Source of the DNA: Epiperipatus broadwayi
Taxonomy: Eukaryota > Animalia > Onychophora
Direction: 5' to 3'
DNA: 64,000 bases
NCBI GenBank assembly: GCA_028023455.1
Contig: JAQFVV010000002.1
Location: forward strand, 11,656,001 to 11,720,000
The first letter of the stretch is position 1. Every line of letters starts with the position of its first letter. The notes below the pieces were generated by a model, which ran no database searches, was not told the DNA's origin, and worked only from the letters and a program-made list of their open reading frames with translations. Shown piece after piece: positions 27,884 to 40,300 of this stretch. Both the position numbers and the translations under genes were made by a program.

Positions 27884-28999
27884 CCCAGGTCACCAGCTCT
27901 CATATACATCTTTACTTGCGTAGCTATTCAAAACTCATCTTCATTATTTTTTACAGTTACCCTTTTTGGAATTAGAATAGCTTTATATAATGACTACAGA
28001 TAAAAGAATAACTTGTAAGTAATACACAGAGTTAACAATCAATAATTTATCAGTGCCAGAAGTTATTAATATTTTTAAAAAAATATTCAGAAAAATTATT
28101 AGTAAATAAATATCAGCAACTTAAATAATTTTCAAAAAATATGAAATATATATATATATAAAGTCATAGAATAAACAACAATAGACAAAAGATAAAATAG
28201 AAAAATAACAAAAAAGTATAATATTCAGGTTTGAGATAACTGGAACTTCAATAATCAAACTATTACAAACAATGCTGAAAACAATTTTGCCAGAAAACTA
28301 TGATGACATCGACTAGAAATTTTTGACAGATAAGAAAAACGCAAGGAAATCAATAACCATGGATAAAAGCTAAAACCTCTTAAGAGAGGGTTATGAATGT
28401 GTATTTGCAAAGTTTTATTCTAAATTTTTAGCTACAAGATTAGTGGGTGTATTACCTTATAAAATAAAAATAGTATTCTTCAAAAGTTTAAAGAGTTCTA
28501 AATGTAAACATAAGTTTCAATATTATTTAAGAATTGATGAGTTTAAATGATGATTACTTAAATATAAATACTATTTTACTTCTTCTGATGAGCATATCAC
28601 AAATAATATAGATGGGAAAATTAACCTAAATTAAAAATCTAAATAAAAACATAATATATGTAAATTATAGTAGATCAAAAATATTAAGAATTTGTAATAG
28701 AAAAGGAAGAGTAAATTTCATGGCATAATTTATTGCCAACCGAGGCCAAATAAAAGTGTCTACATTTTCAAGTATGTAATTTAAGTTTACCAGTGTCTTA
28801 AATATATTTGTGAATGACAAAATGTAGAATAACTGATACAATTTTACATATGTAAAAATACTTAATAAGCAAATAATGTAGTAGCATGCACAAAAATAAA
28901 AGTATTATTATTTATTAAAAGTGAAATATTTTAAAATAATCATGTTTCCAAAATGCATATGAACTGAAATTGTCAAGTAGCAAGTACTTTGAAATTGTG

Positions 29000-29285
29000 A
29001 GGATATGCACAAAAATTGTATGGGTGGCTGAGGAGTTAAAAAAGATTGAAGCCTAACCATTAAAGTTTGAAGATTTGCTATCTTAATAAAAACTGAGCTC
29101 TGATTATATATTTGTGAAGAAGACGATGATCTGGACCAATTGGTAAGTGCTGATTCAGCCAGAAATATGTATTTTGGAAATCATTGATCTTTTTCACATG
29201 TATGTGGTCATGTGTATCAGTTGTATAAGATGGAGTGGATAACTGTAGAGAGCTTGAAAGTCATAATTCAAGTCTCTTCTAATTA
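29000..29285 (+). mobile_element. Old family A copy with destroyed HHR core
   Basis: ccattaaagtttgaagatt.gctatcttaata...ctggaccaa ttggtaa gtgctgattcagc cagaaatatgta; CTGATGA lost. Confidence 0.75.
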
Positions 29286-30769
29286 TTAAGTTCAGTATAG
29301 ACAATACACTTGTATTAAAATATTAACTGATCGTATAAGAATGCAAGACAAAGAGCAAGTAATTTATCGAGTTTATTTGTATGCAAATATGTACACACAC
29401 TCTTATATAGAGATTATTTTATTTCTATATTAAATAATTTTGCAAAACATTGGTTTTATAAAAAAAATCTAAAATACGAATTCAAGGTATATTACATCAA
29501 CATAATAAAATAGAAAATAATCAAGTGATTATTGGTCAAAGAGATTATATGACGTTCAAGAACTGGAAGTGATTATCTGAGCTAACACTGAATTAAATTG
29601 CACAGTGCATTAAATTATTGGTTAACATACTTACATAAATTATAAATTGTTAATAGCTAGCTAGTTTCCAAATGCATTTCACATAATAACAACTAAAACT
29701 TAATAAATCAATAGAATATACACTCTCTATAGATAAAAAAGACTGTCTTGATATCAGATTGTGGACATTCTGTTGATTTGTTAAACTTTTGCTGTTATAT
29801 GAATTATACACATTCTTATATATAATGTGTGTGTTAAACATACATGTATTTAACATTTCTGCTAAAAAAAAATCCACTTGTTTACAATATAATAATGTGC
29901 ATAAATAATTACATTCACATTTAATGCCAAAATAATTCAAATTAATTCTTCCAGATGACAAAATGTGTTATGCATTTTTATTACATCTTAATAATTTATA
30001 ATAAATATTCATGATTTAATTTCATAATAAAATTATCCTGCATGATTTGGCACATTTAGTAGAACCTCTGACTTGAGATTGGGGGGAGGGGGCAGGATTG
30101 ATTCTGATGCTTTCAGATTTGATGCTCGAACTTCTTATAAATTCCTGGGTGATAAACCATATGTATTTTTTTGTCCTGCATGATTTAGTGCAATGATAGA
30201 CACCAAACTTGGGATCAGGAGATTCCAGGACTGGTTCTGGTGCCTAAACTTCTTATGAACTCCATAGCAATAAAACCATATGTCCCTTTTTTATATATAT
30301 GTGTAACAAAAAAATTATTTTTGATAAATAACACAAAAAAAATGATGTTAGAAAAATCTGGAAGGGGAGGGGTGCTGAGAGGTCAATGATAAAATTAATT
30401 ATTAACTTTGTATAAGTTAATCTATGACAGATTGAGATAACTTTTAATGTAATGTAGAGTGATAGATTCTGGAGTTTAAATTCCAAGGATTGAAACTCCA
30501 ATTATATCACTTCTGGAGCTAAAACTATTTATAAACTCCTGTGCAATAAACCATTCAGTTAAGTGTTTGTATTACTAATTAATCTTTATAATGTTCATAT
30601 TTCAAAATTATTATTGTTTTTTATATTAATAAAAAAGTTATCTAAAAAACAAGATTATTATAAAAAATGATTAAAAATGCAGGGACTATACAATAAGAGT
30701 GAATCAAAAGCAAATATGCATGTAATACAAAGTAGCTTCTTTATTTCATATCATCTTGTACTTAAGAGC

Positions 30770-31135
30770 ACATTCTATAATACTAGCCAGGTGGCGGGCA
30801 CCATTTATTTTTTCAACCAGGTGGTGGGCACCATTTATTTTTTCAATGTAAATGTATAGTTGGATATTGTTAATAATACACATAATGTACAAAAGAATAT
30901 TTATTTGAAAAATAAAATTTTAACATATAATTAACGTTTATATTTTTACACTGTAAAAGTATAGTATGCTCTACAAATTGATTACAATATAATACAATAA
31001 TTTATAAGAAATTTTAAAAATTAAATTTATTTGTATCAGATAAATCCTTTTTTATCATGTTCGGATAGCGGCGGGCACACATAAAATGGTCTGTGGGTGC
31101 CATGGTGCCCATGGGCATCAGGTTGGGGACCCCTG
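30770..31135. mobile_element. hAT-like MITE remnant (one terminal repeat visible)
   Basis: Ends in caggttggggacccctg, whose reverse complement caggggtccccaacc is a hAT-type TIR; internal ggcgggcac repeats. Confidence 0.55.
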
Positions 31136-31496
31136 ACCTACAGAAATTGTGGTCTCTAATTAGTGTGTATGTATATACATATGTAATATTATATATATAA
31201 TCACAATTTGTAATGTTATAATTGACTATTTATTAATATGCATTCAGAAAAGATTATATTTATCTATTTAAGGAGGTTTATTTAAACTTCTATCAATAAT
31301 TTCAATCTCTGTGATCAATTTGCAATCTTTAGTGTCTATATAATTATATGAGACCATTAATAGAGGTGGAATTCCACCTTTATTGCTAAAAAGAAGTTGC
31401 CTTGAAAACCGTTTTGCCTTGAAAACCGTTTGAAATTCTTGATTGTTATCTATATTGGGATTTGTCTAAGTGTTGACTGGTTTCTAATCGTTATAT

Positions 31497-34400
31497 CATC
31501 ATCATCATCAACAACCATTATCAATCCACTGCAGGATGAACATCTCTCCAAGTTCAATCCATCTTTTCTGATCTTTAGCTTCTCTTCTCCACATCACCCA
31601 TGCACACTTTATTTCATCCATCCATCTCACATGTTGTCTTTTTCTGGGTCCTTTACAATCTCTTGGAATCCAGTTTAAAATTTCAACTGTCCATCTATTA
31701 TCATCTCTTCTAGCAATATGTCCAGCCCAACTCCACTTCAGTCTTTTAACTTTTTCATGAGGCCAGTAACACCAGTTTGTTCTCTTACCCATGCATTGTG
31801 TTTTCGATCTCTTCTTGTTATTCCTAACATACATCTCTCGATACTTCTTTGAGTGGTTTGAAATCTCTGTATTGCTCTTCTATTAAGTGTCCAAGTCTCA
31901 GATCCATAAGTAAGAACTGGTAAAACACATTTGTTAAAAACCATCCTTTTCAAACACATAGGCATATTTCCTTTTAGTATCAAGTTATTTCTACCAAAAG
32001 CACTCCAAGCAAGTTTAATTCTATGATTAATTTCATCCATTATGTTTCCATCTGTATTAATAATCTGACCAAGGTATTTGTAACTGTTAACTTCTTCTAA
32101 TTCATCATAATCAATCTTTATTTTCATATTTTGAGAAAACCTATTAAACATTACTTTAGTCTTTTTAACATTTATCTTTAGTCCTACTTTCATCTGATAA
32201 CTCCTGCAACATTTCCTGTAACTCTAAAGCATTATTTACAAAAACAACTACATCATCTGCAAAATCTAAATGATTTAAATAATCTCCATTTACTTTCACT
32301 CATTTAGCTTCCCATTTTAATCCACAAAATACTTCTTGCAGCACTGCTGTAAAAAGTTTTGGAGATATGGAATCACCCTGTCTTATACCCTTCTCAATGT
32401 TGTCTTTCCTACTACCATTATGTAATCTCATTGTTGCCGTTGCATTTTTATAAATATTCTTTAAAATATGACAGTATCCTTGATCTATACCTTGATGATC
32501 CAATGCTTTAATCACTGAAGAAATGTTTATAGAATCAAATGCCTTTTCATAATCTACAAATCCTAAGCATAATGGCAACTCATATTCATTTGTCTTTTCT
32601 ATAACTTCTCTCAATACCTGGATATGATCTACTGTACTAAAACCACTTTTAAATCCAGCTTGTTCTCTTGGTTAGTGGAAGTCCAGTGTTCTTTGTAGAC
32701 GAGTTTTAATTATCTTAGTAAAAATTTTGTATAAAACTGATAAAAGACCGATAGGTCTGTAATTTCTAATATCTTCTTTATCACCTTTTTTAAATATTAA
32801 TATTAATACTGCATTCTTCCAATCATCTGGTACATCTTTATCATTTAGATATTTGGAATATAACTTTGCTAAAAAAAATTCTATTTCTTCACCTGCTTCT
32901 TTTAACATATCAATTATAATTCCATCATTACCTGGAGCCTTCCCTTTCTTCATAAATTTAATTGCATGTCTCACTTCCTCATTCAAAATTCTGGGCAATT
33001 CAGAAGATATAATAGGTATAGGAGGTACTTGTTCTTTATTACTATATAATTCTTGATAGAAGTCTTCTACACATTTCATGATGTCATCTCTCTTTTTAGT
33101 AATAATGCCATCTTTTTTTCTTATTGCAGATATAAATTTCATACCAATACCAAAATGTTGTTTTACACTCTTTAGACTTTTATTCACTTCTACACCTTTC
33201 CTTGCTAGTTCACAATTATACTTTCTTATATCATTTTCAACTCTTTTCCACACCATTTTACAAAATTTGAGATATTCAATCTTTTTTAATGCATCATTGT
33301 TGTATATCCTCATATTCCTTCTTTTCTTCATAAATTCTCTAGTCTCAGTAGAAATTTTATTGGTCAATTGCTGTTTTTTTCTACGAGATATCTTTGTTAC
33401 AGTTTTTAAAAGTGTATCAGTTATTTTCATATTAATTTCATTCAAATCTGAATCATGTTCAAAATCTACTAATACTTGAAACCAATTTGTAAGTTCTAAT
33501 TTAAATTCATTAGAATGTTTCTGAAGATTAGGAATATCAACTGTAAATATTGTTTTTCTTAATAATTTTTGTCTCTCTAGTTTTGCATTAACATGTATCT
33601 TACATCTTACTAATCGATGGTCACTTCCTGTGTTAAATTTATTAAGAACATTACAATCTTGAAATATGTATTTTCTGTTAGTCAAAATATATTCCAATTC
33701 TGCTGTACCTTCATTTGGATGCTTCCATGCCCATTTCCTTTTAACATTTTTCTCAAAAAAAGAATTCATAATATAAAGTTTTTCTTTTTCTGCAAACTCC
33801 ACAAGTCTATGTCCTCTCTCATTTCTATTACCATAACCAAAATTACCTACAGCATTTTCGACTTTCATTTGTTTACCAATTCTAGCATTAAAGTCTCCCA
33901 TAACAATTTTAAAATGTTGTTTACTCTGATCAAAAGCCTTTTGTACATCCATATAAAAATCTTCTACTACTTCACCACTATGATAACTTGTTGGGGCATA
34001 AACCTGAATTATCTGTATTTGGTATCTGCTATTAAGTTGTAAAACTAATCTTGCCACTCTGTCCGATACACCATCAATCACCACAATGTTATTCTTCCAT
34101 TTTTTATTTATAATGAATCCTATTCTACTTGTATTTTCAATATTTGTGCCTTTATAATAGAGTATATGTCCACTTTTTAAATCAATTGTTTCTTCACCTT
34201 TTCTTCTAACTTCACAAAGTCCAATAATGTCCCACTTAATATAAGACAGTTCTTCTAATTCTTGCAATCTTCCTTCACTTGAAAGTGATAAGCAGTTGTA
34301 AGTACCTAAATAAAAAGTCATCATCAAATGGCAGCCTGAGTTTATTGGCTTTTTACCTCCGAGTTTAAGAATATTTTTCCAATATATACAATCATGGCAG

Positions 34401-34520
34401 ACAAAAATAAATCATGACCCTTATTCCCAGGAGGCTGTAAAGTCACCAACCAAGGCAGTGGTTGGTGGCTGAAGGTGGAGGGTGCTAAGAATTCCGATTG
34501 CGGAATGGATATATACATAT
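31497..34520 (-). mobile_element. RTE-clade LINE, essentially full length, ORF broken by a few frameshifts or stops
   Basis: ORFs 32672-34327, 32300-32614, 31738-32193 and 31508-31834. APE motifs GLCEVRR, QVYAPT, MGDFN, GSDH; RT motifs NYRPIGLL, DYEKAFDS, QGDSISPKLF, FADD, YKYLG, LTYGSETW; (GAT)n 3' tail. Confidence 0.95.
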
Positions 34521-34897
34521 ATAATATCATATATAATTTAAGTAATAAAAGAAAACTAGATTTAATATTACCTGTACTGTAAGAAGATTATTATAAATAG
34601 CTTTTAGTATTTTACAGAAGAAGAGGGACCAGCCACACTGTAAGTTGACTATAGTTTAATATATTTTTTTCCAAATTAATATAGTAAATGAGATATTTAT
34701 TTTATATAGCATGATGTTTATGAATTGTAATAAACTAAAGATCAGCTTTTCAAGCTATTCACATGCGCTTTATGAATCTTAATAATAAATGAATACTTTC
34801 ACTTTCAACACAAGACTTTCACATGACCCACCACTCTCCACTCTATCTAATAACACTGATACACTCAAGCACATATATGCTGAAAAGATAAATAATC

Positions 34898-34941
34898 ACC
34901 AATATACGTATTTCATGCTAAACCAGCAATCATCAGTTGGT
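34898..34941 (-). ncRNA. Type I hammerhead, family A (intact)
   Basis: accaa CTGATGA ttgct-ggttt-agcat GAAA tacgta TA ttggt; palindromic stem III ATACGTAT. Confidence 0.9.
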
Positions 34942-35389
34942 CCAGATTATCATCTCCCACACATATATACTATAAGTGCTCAGATATATATTAAGATAGA
35001 CAATCTTCATACTTTAATGGACTGGCTCCAATCTACTACACACTCCAACTCTTCAACCATCCATCCAATTGAAAATCTGATGATGGAATGCTTGAAGGCC
35101 ACCCTGAGGCCGAGATTCTTGTCACACCCTTGTTGACCCAAGGCCAATCTGAACACCACATGTACAGGATATAATCCATTAAATACATATGCAAGGATGG
35201 GCAGACATCTCTACAATGTAATAATTGAAACACAGGCTTAATATATACCATGTGTCTATATATGTAATATAGGGTATATGAGCACAGACTTTCACATGAC
35301 CCACCACTCTCCACTCTATCTAATAACACTGATATACTCAAGCACATATATGCTGAAAAGATAAATATGTGTGGGAGTTGATAATCTGG

Positions 35390-35433
35390 ACCAACTGATG
35401 ATTGCTGGTTTAGCATGAAATACGTATATTGGT
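35390..35433 (+). ncRNA. Type I hammerhead, family A (intact)
   Basis: Identical motif to 34898-34941 on the opposite strand. Confidence 0.9.
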
Positions 35434-36730
35434 GATTATTTATCTTTTCAGTATATATGTGCTTGAGTGCATAGAGTGGAGAGTGGTGGGTCATGTGAAA
35501 GTCTGTGCTCATATACCCTATATTACATATATAGACACATGGTATATATTAAGCCTGTGTTTCAGTTATTTCAACACAAGATAAAGTTTTTGCAAAAGAA
35601 TAGAATGAATCACCTATTCTTTCAACCCAAACGCTTAAGTATGGGCAAATTTTAAGCACTGAAAATGAAAGCGTGAAGAATAGGTGATTCATTCTATTCT
35701 TTCGCAAAGACTTTATCTTGTGTTGGATGTGAAAGTATTCATTTATTATTAAGATTCATAAACCACATGTGAACTAGCTTGAAAAGCTGATCTTTAGTTT
35801 ATTAAAATTAATATAGCTAACTTTTATAGTTAACTAAGGTTTCATTTTATTACAAATTCTCCTACTTTTTCTCTTTTTGTAACATTTCTAAAAAATATAC
35901 TTATTTTCTCATCTTATTCTATTTTAATGCTATTTTTCATGCACATTAATGCACCAGAGAGTAGTGTCCTGTGCAGCTTAGTGCAGAGGTAGAATGTTAG
36001 ACTCTTGAGAGTAAGATCCCAAGACTGACTACAGTTTGGGTACTTCCAACTCCCTAATTTTATATGAGTTCTGAGGCATAAAGCCATTGGATTATTTATA
36101 CAAAACAACAACAAAAAAAAAAAGCCATTCTATGAAACTAAACATTTTGAAATAAAATAATGCAAATAAAAGAAATAATTTCTTTATTCATATAAAAAAG
36201 AAATCTTTAAAAAATAATTTTTATAACTCAAAAAAAAAAAAAAAATTATAAATAAATATTTTATTTATTTTAAAAAATGTACTTTTAATGTAATCCATAT
36301 CTGTTAATGCAATCTGAAGTACACCATTTTTTAAAATCATATTAGTCTTTAATTAAAAAGCATAATTTAATGACCAAATACACTTCGTTATCAAATGTAT
36401 CAATATTTTTTTTTCCTTTTAAACTTAATATGTTTTGACCAAAATTTTAATTACAACTTTTTTTTAATATAGTTGTTCCATTTCATTCAACTACAACTTT
36501 ACACCGTTTTTGCAATTTTCTTCTTGGTTGATTTTATCCTATGTATAAATTTTCTTTTATCACATCTATTCCACAAACACTTTTGTGTAGCATTTTTGAA
36601 ATTATCATTCCTTTTCTTAATTATTTGATTAATTACCCCCATTTTGATTCTTTTGAAACCTATTATACTATTTTTGTAAGAAAATCGAGCCATGTATCAT
36701 GTGACTTAATTTAATAAGCTTGCATTACAA

Positions 36731-36865
36731 ATGTTATATAATGAGCATGTCAATAGCTCTTAAGAAGCTCTTTACTGATAAAAGCCAGAGCTAGAAACTT
36801 ATCTGAGAATAGGGGTACTCTAAAAAGCTTATTAAGAGCTATTGGCACACTCATTATATAACTAT
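36731..36865. mobile_element. Small MITE-like inverted repeat
   Basis: gttatataatgagcatgtcaatagctcttaagaagct vs agcttattaagagctattggcacactcattatataac. Confidence 0.6.
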
Positions 36866-37092
36866 TACACTAGCATGTGACAATTTCTTTTAATATATAT
36901 AGCTTAATTCTTTATGAAACTCGATCTGTGTTATCAAGATGATTCTTCCAATTCTTCATTATTCTAGTTCCAAATAAATATTTCTTTTTATCACAAATTC
37001 TGAATTTCTGTTTGTATTTAAAATGTTAATATTTAGCACTATATTCGCTAGAATCCATTATGTTAGAATGTTTTAATATATGAATTTTTTCT

Positions 37093-37560
37093 CTACAGTA
37101 CAGGCTTTTTCATACCTGCACTCCAATATGTAATATATTGGGGGCTTGAACTCAAACTTTCATATGACCCTCAACTAACCATGCTATCTCATAATGCTGA
37201 CACACTTGATCACACATATGTCGAAAAGATAAATAATCACCAATATACATATTTCATGCTAAATCAGCACTCGTCAGTTGGTTCATATTATCATCTCCAC
37301 ACACACATATATATATATATACAATCAATGCTCAGCTTATATTAAGATAGCCAATCTTCATACTTTAATAAACAGGCTTCAATCCACTCCACCCCTTCAG
37401 CTGTCCATTTCATTGAAAATCCGTTGATGGAATGTTCAAAGCTCACATTGGAGCCAACCTTTTCATCATACCCATGTTGACCATAAGTCATTATGACCCC
37501 TCATGTACAGGACCTAATCCATTTACATGCATATAAGAGGGATGGGAAGACCTTACAGCA
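37093..37560 (-). mobile_element. Family A retrozyme, one circularly permuted monomer with TSD
   Basis: Homologous over a full unit to 34815-35286; flanked by ttttaata(t/a)atgaattttttct at 37071-37092 and 37567-37588. Confidence 0.85.
37239..37282 (-). ncRNA. Type I hammerhead, family A (intact, CUGACGA)
   Basis: accaa CTGACGA gtgct-gattt-agcat GAAA tatgta TA ttggt. Confidence 0.88.
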
Positions 37561-38991
37561 CTATATTTTTAATAAATGAATTTTTTCTACAATATATGTT
37601 TTGTAATCTTTTGAATCAGTATTCTTTTCTAACAAAAACTGCTAATAAGTTTAGCATTCTAAATTCTCATTAATTTTTTACTTCTCATTTACTATTGTTC
37701 GTTGGTACTTGATCATCATCATCATCACTATTTATTTTTCTATGCAAGCATTTCAATTTGCCATCAACATATGTTACTGGTTGGCATGTTACAAGTCAAA
37801 CACAGCTAATCAGTTCTATAGAAAGCATTTCCAGAAGATATATACAAATTCTACTATATGCTTATTAACCTCATTTTATTTTTCCTAATAATAAAGTTAG
37901 GATATTTTTGTTTTGGGTTTTACAATTATTAATGTTTGTTTTGAAAATTTTTCACCATGAAAACTTGACTCATTAAAAAGTTTATACTTAAACTTTTCTA
38001 TATACTAAATAAATAAGAGCAATAATTTGGCTTCAAAATCAATCCCCACTTCCAACTTTTTTTATTATCTTTTGTCATACCCAGTGAAGAAATCCATTTA
38101 CGAACTAAATAAACTTTATTTTAAAACATACAATTAATTCTATCACTAAATGAATTTGCTAAGCATATATATATCGACATTTTTTAAAAAAAGGAATCAA
38201 ACACAATCATACATACGTAAACGAACACATTTGGAAACATAACTTGTTTATCATGTCATGTTGAAAAAAATGAGTAGTATTAACCATATTTTAAATTGCT
38301 CAATTAACAATTTATTTATTATATTGTTTTCTCAACAATCATAAAGATAAAATTAAATTGCATTTTTCCTTTCCAATTTCTTCCTTTCAATGACTACTGG
38401 TTATCAACTAGTTAACAAAGCCAACTTAGGAGAAACTACTCACATCCTGCTGGATAAAGAAAACTGAATTCAACAAAAATTCTTCCAAGCGGTTACTATA
38501 GTAACAGTAGTTAGTGCAAGAAAGCTAATTTGAGGAGGTTTTTTTTTTTCAGACGTTTTAAAAAGATTTTATACTGTTTATAAATGTTCAAACAAAGTTT
38601 TGAAACGAAGCACAATTACTTTTCTCTTATTGATGGATTACATCTAATGAAGGCTTCTAATCTATAATAGCTCCGATTTTGCCTACTAAAATGTTAAAGT
38701 GATATGTTTTCAATAGCATTTCGATTTATATTTTGACCAATCTTATGAAGATATATAAAACTGAAACTTTATTATAAAAAGAAATATAAAAAAATCATAA
38801 TAATACGCGGAATATATTTTTTATGTGTAATAAAAATGAAACAAAATAAACAATAAACTATTATTTTCCTCATTATGAGGCAAAGGTAATATAAAATAAA
38901 TTTAATTCAAAGTAAATTATAATCTAACATTTATAAATTCTTACAGAAGTGATTGAGCATAAAGTGTTAATAAATATTAAGTTTGTGAGTG

Positions 38992-39090
38992 ATTTTTTTT
39001 TTCATATGTCAAAGCATCAGCCGGGAAGCGAACCCGGAACAATGGCTTGTAAAGGCAGCTGTGCTGACCACTCGACCACCAACGCTTGAC
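38992..39090 (-). mobile_element. Short tRNA-Gly-derived SINE
   Basis: gcgttggtggtcgagtggtcagcacagctgcc...gggttcgcttcccggc followed by an A tail; matches the eukaryotic tRNA-Gly(TCC) body. Confidence 0.8.
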
Positions 39091-39230
39091 TGAAGTATTT
39101 TTAACATTTACAAAGTTGTTTTAACTTATGATGAGTATGAAAATCTGCTATTTCAATCAGTATACTATTTACGAAAAAATAATTTAAACTAAAAATATAA
39201 AAAAAAGCACAATCAAATGAGGAGAAATGT

Positions 39231-39331
39231 CTTGCATTGGTGGTCGAGAAGTCAGCGTGACTGCCTTGCACTTGCAGGCAGTTGCCCGGGTTGCGGATTC
39301 GCGTCCCGGCTGATGCTATGACACTTAAAAA
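39231..39331 (+). mobile_element. Short tRNA-Gly-derived SINE with 16-bp TSD
   Basis: TSD aaatgaggagaaatgt at 39215-39230 and 39332-39347; A and B boxes; A tail. Confidence 0.88.
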
Positions 39332-39629
39332 AAATGAGGAGAAATGTTATACTAGAAATAAACAAAGAAAGGAAAAAATGGACTTGAATCAAGTGATGTT
39401 AATGGTCATGTTAAAGTAAAAAAGAATTAGTAAGTTAATTGTACAACAAGAATTATAGATAATTTTAAAAATTCAATGATATGAATGATTTGTGCATTTA
39501 CTTGAATGTAAACTAATTTCTGAATTCAGATGAATCTTAATTTATTTTTTTTCAAGTAGATAAGGACTTTTTCAATTCTCTGGCCCTCACATATCTAACT
39601 ATCAAATTATTGGTTTATAAATTAATATC

Positions 39630-40300
39630 TATGGGAATAAAGTGCCTAATCAATCTGGATTGGCTAGATGAGTGCTGATATACTGATTATAAAACAACAA
39701 TGTAATTGTAATAATAATTATATTATAAATAATAACAGTATATCTAAGAATAATAAAAAATGGATAAAACTTTCATACTTCCCTAAAATTTATCACACAT
39801 TACTAAAAAATAAAAATTATATGGATAAAAGTATTAACATAGGATAGACAAATGATAAAAATCTTGACAAATTAATAGGCAATTATAAAATAAAAAATGA
39901 TATAAAATAAAAAAGGGAATTATGAAAAAAATTATTTGTTCAAATTACTGTATGGTTTACTATGGACATACAGGGAAACAATTATATGAAAGAGCAAAAG
40001 AACATAATAATGCTATTAATAGAAGAAATGATAAATCTGCTTTATATATTCATTATTTAAAATATGGACATAAAAAGATTGTGTCAAAAATATAAGATTG
40101 TTAAATTATAATAAAGAATCTAATAGAAGATATATAAAATCTATTACATTAATTATAACAAAAATAATTATATGAACATATATAAAACATTAATTAATTT
40201 GATTAATAATGGGCTAATGATAAATGAATGAAAGGTTACATAATATACATTTATAGAGGTTTTGTTTTAAGTATTAAAAAAGATAGATATTGCTATGTAT
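39630..40300 (+). pseudogene. Penelope-like fragment (linker plus GIY-YIG)
   Basis: CSNYCMVYYGHTGKQLYERAKEHNNAINRRNDKSALYIHYLKYGH at 39938-40070, frameshifted afterwards. Confidence 0.8.

Larger units (their letters stand above)
27415..27915 (-). mobile_element. Family B retrozyme-like repeat, about 1.4 tandem monomers (period 352 bp)
   Basis: ataatctccatacttcc at 27421 and 27773; an HHR in each repeat. Confidence 0.88.
34815..35568. mobile_element. Family A retrozyme insertion: about 1.15 monomers (minus, period 473 bp) plus an inverted segment (plus), 12-bp TSD
   Basis: agactttcacatgacccacc at 34813 and 35286; inversion from about 35367; TSD tttcaacacaag at 34803-34814 and 35569-35580. 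Confidence 0.92.
34725..35808. mobile_element. MITE with about 135-bp TIRs, interrupted by a family A insertion
   Basis: 34728-34814 plus 35581-35621 mirror 35677-35803 (aaagatcagcttttcaagct / agcttgaaaagctgatcttt; aagaatagaatgaatcacctattctt and its reverse complement). Confidence 0.8.

Noticed and set aside
30037-30560. Short recurring motifs (cctgcatgattt, ataaaccat) suggesting an array
   Set aside because: Irregular spacing and degenerate; an old tandem repeat, not CRISPR-like, in a eukaryotic context.
34400-34510. HDV-like ribozyme expected at the RTE 5' end
   Set aside because: Hairpins are present, but I could not build the nested double pseudoknot or find the L3 and J4/2 motifs by eye.
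35077-35115. Second CTGATGA in the opposite polarity inside family A (possible ambisense HHR)
   Set aside because: Followed by GAAG or CAAAG rather than GAAA, with no stems; not conserved in the 37093 copy.
34789-35655. ORFs of 62-158 aa over family A (also 55323-55790)
   Set aside because: Present on both strands, not conserved in frame between copies, with no domain; the repeat is treated as non-coding.
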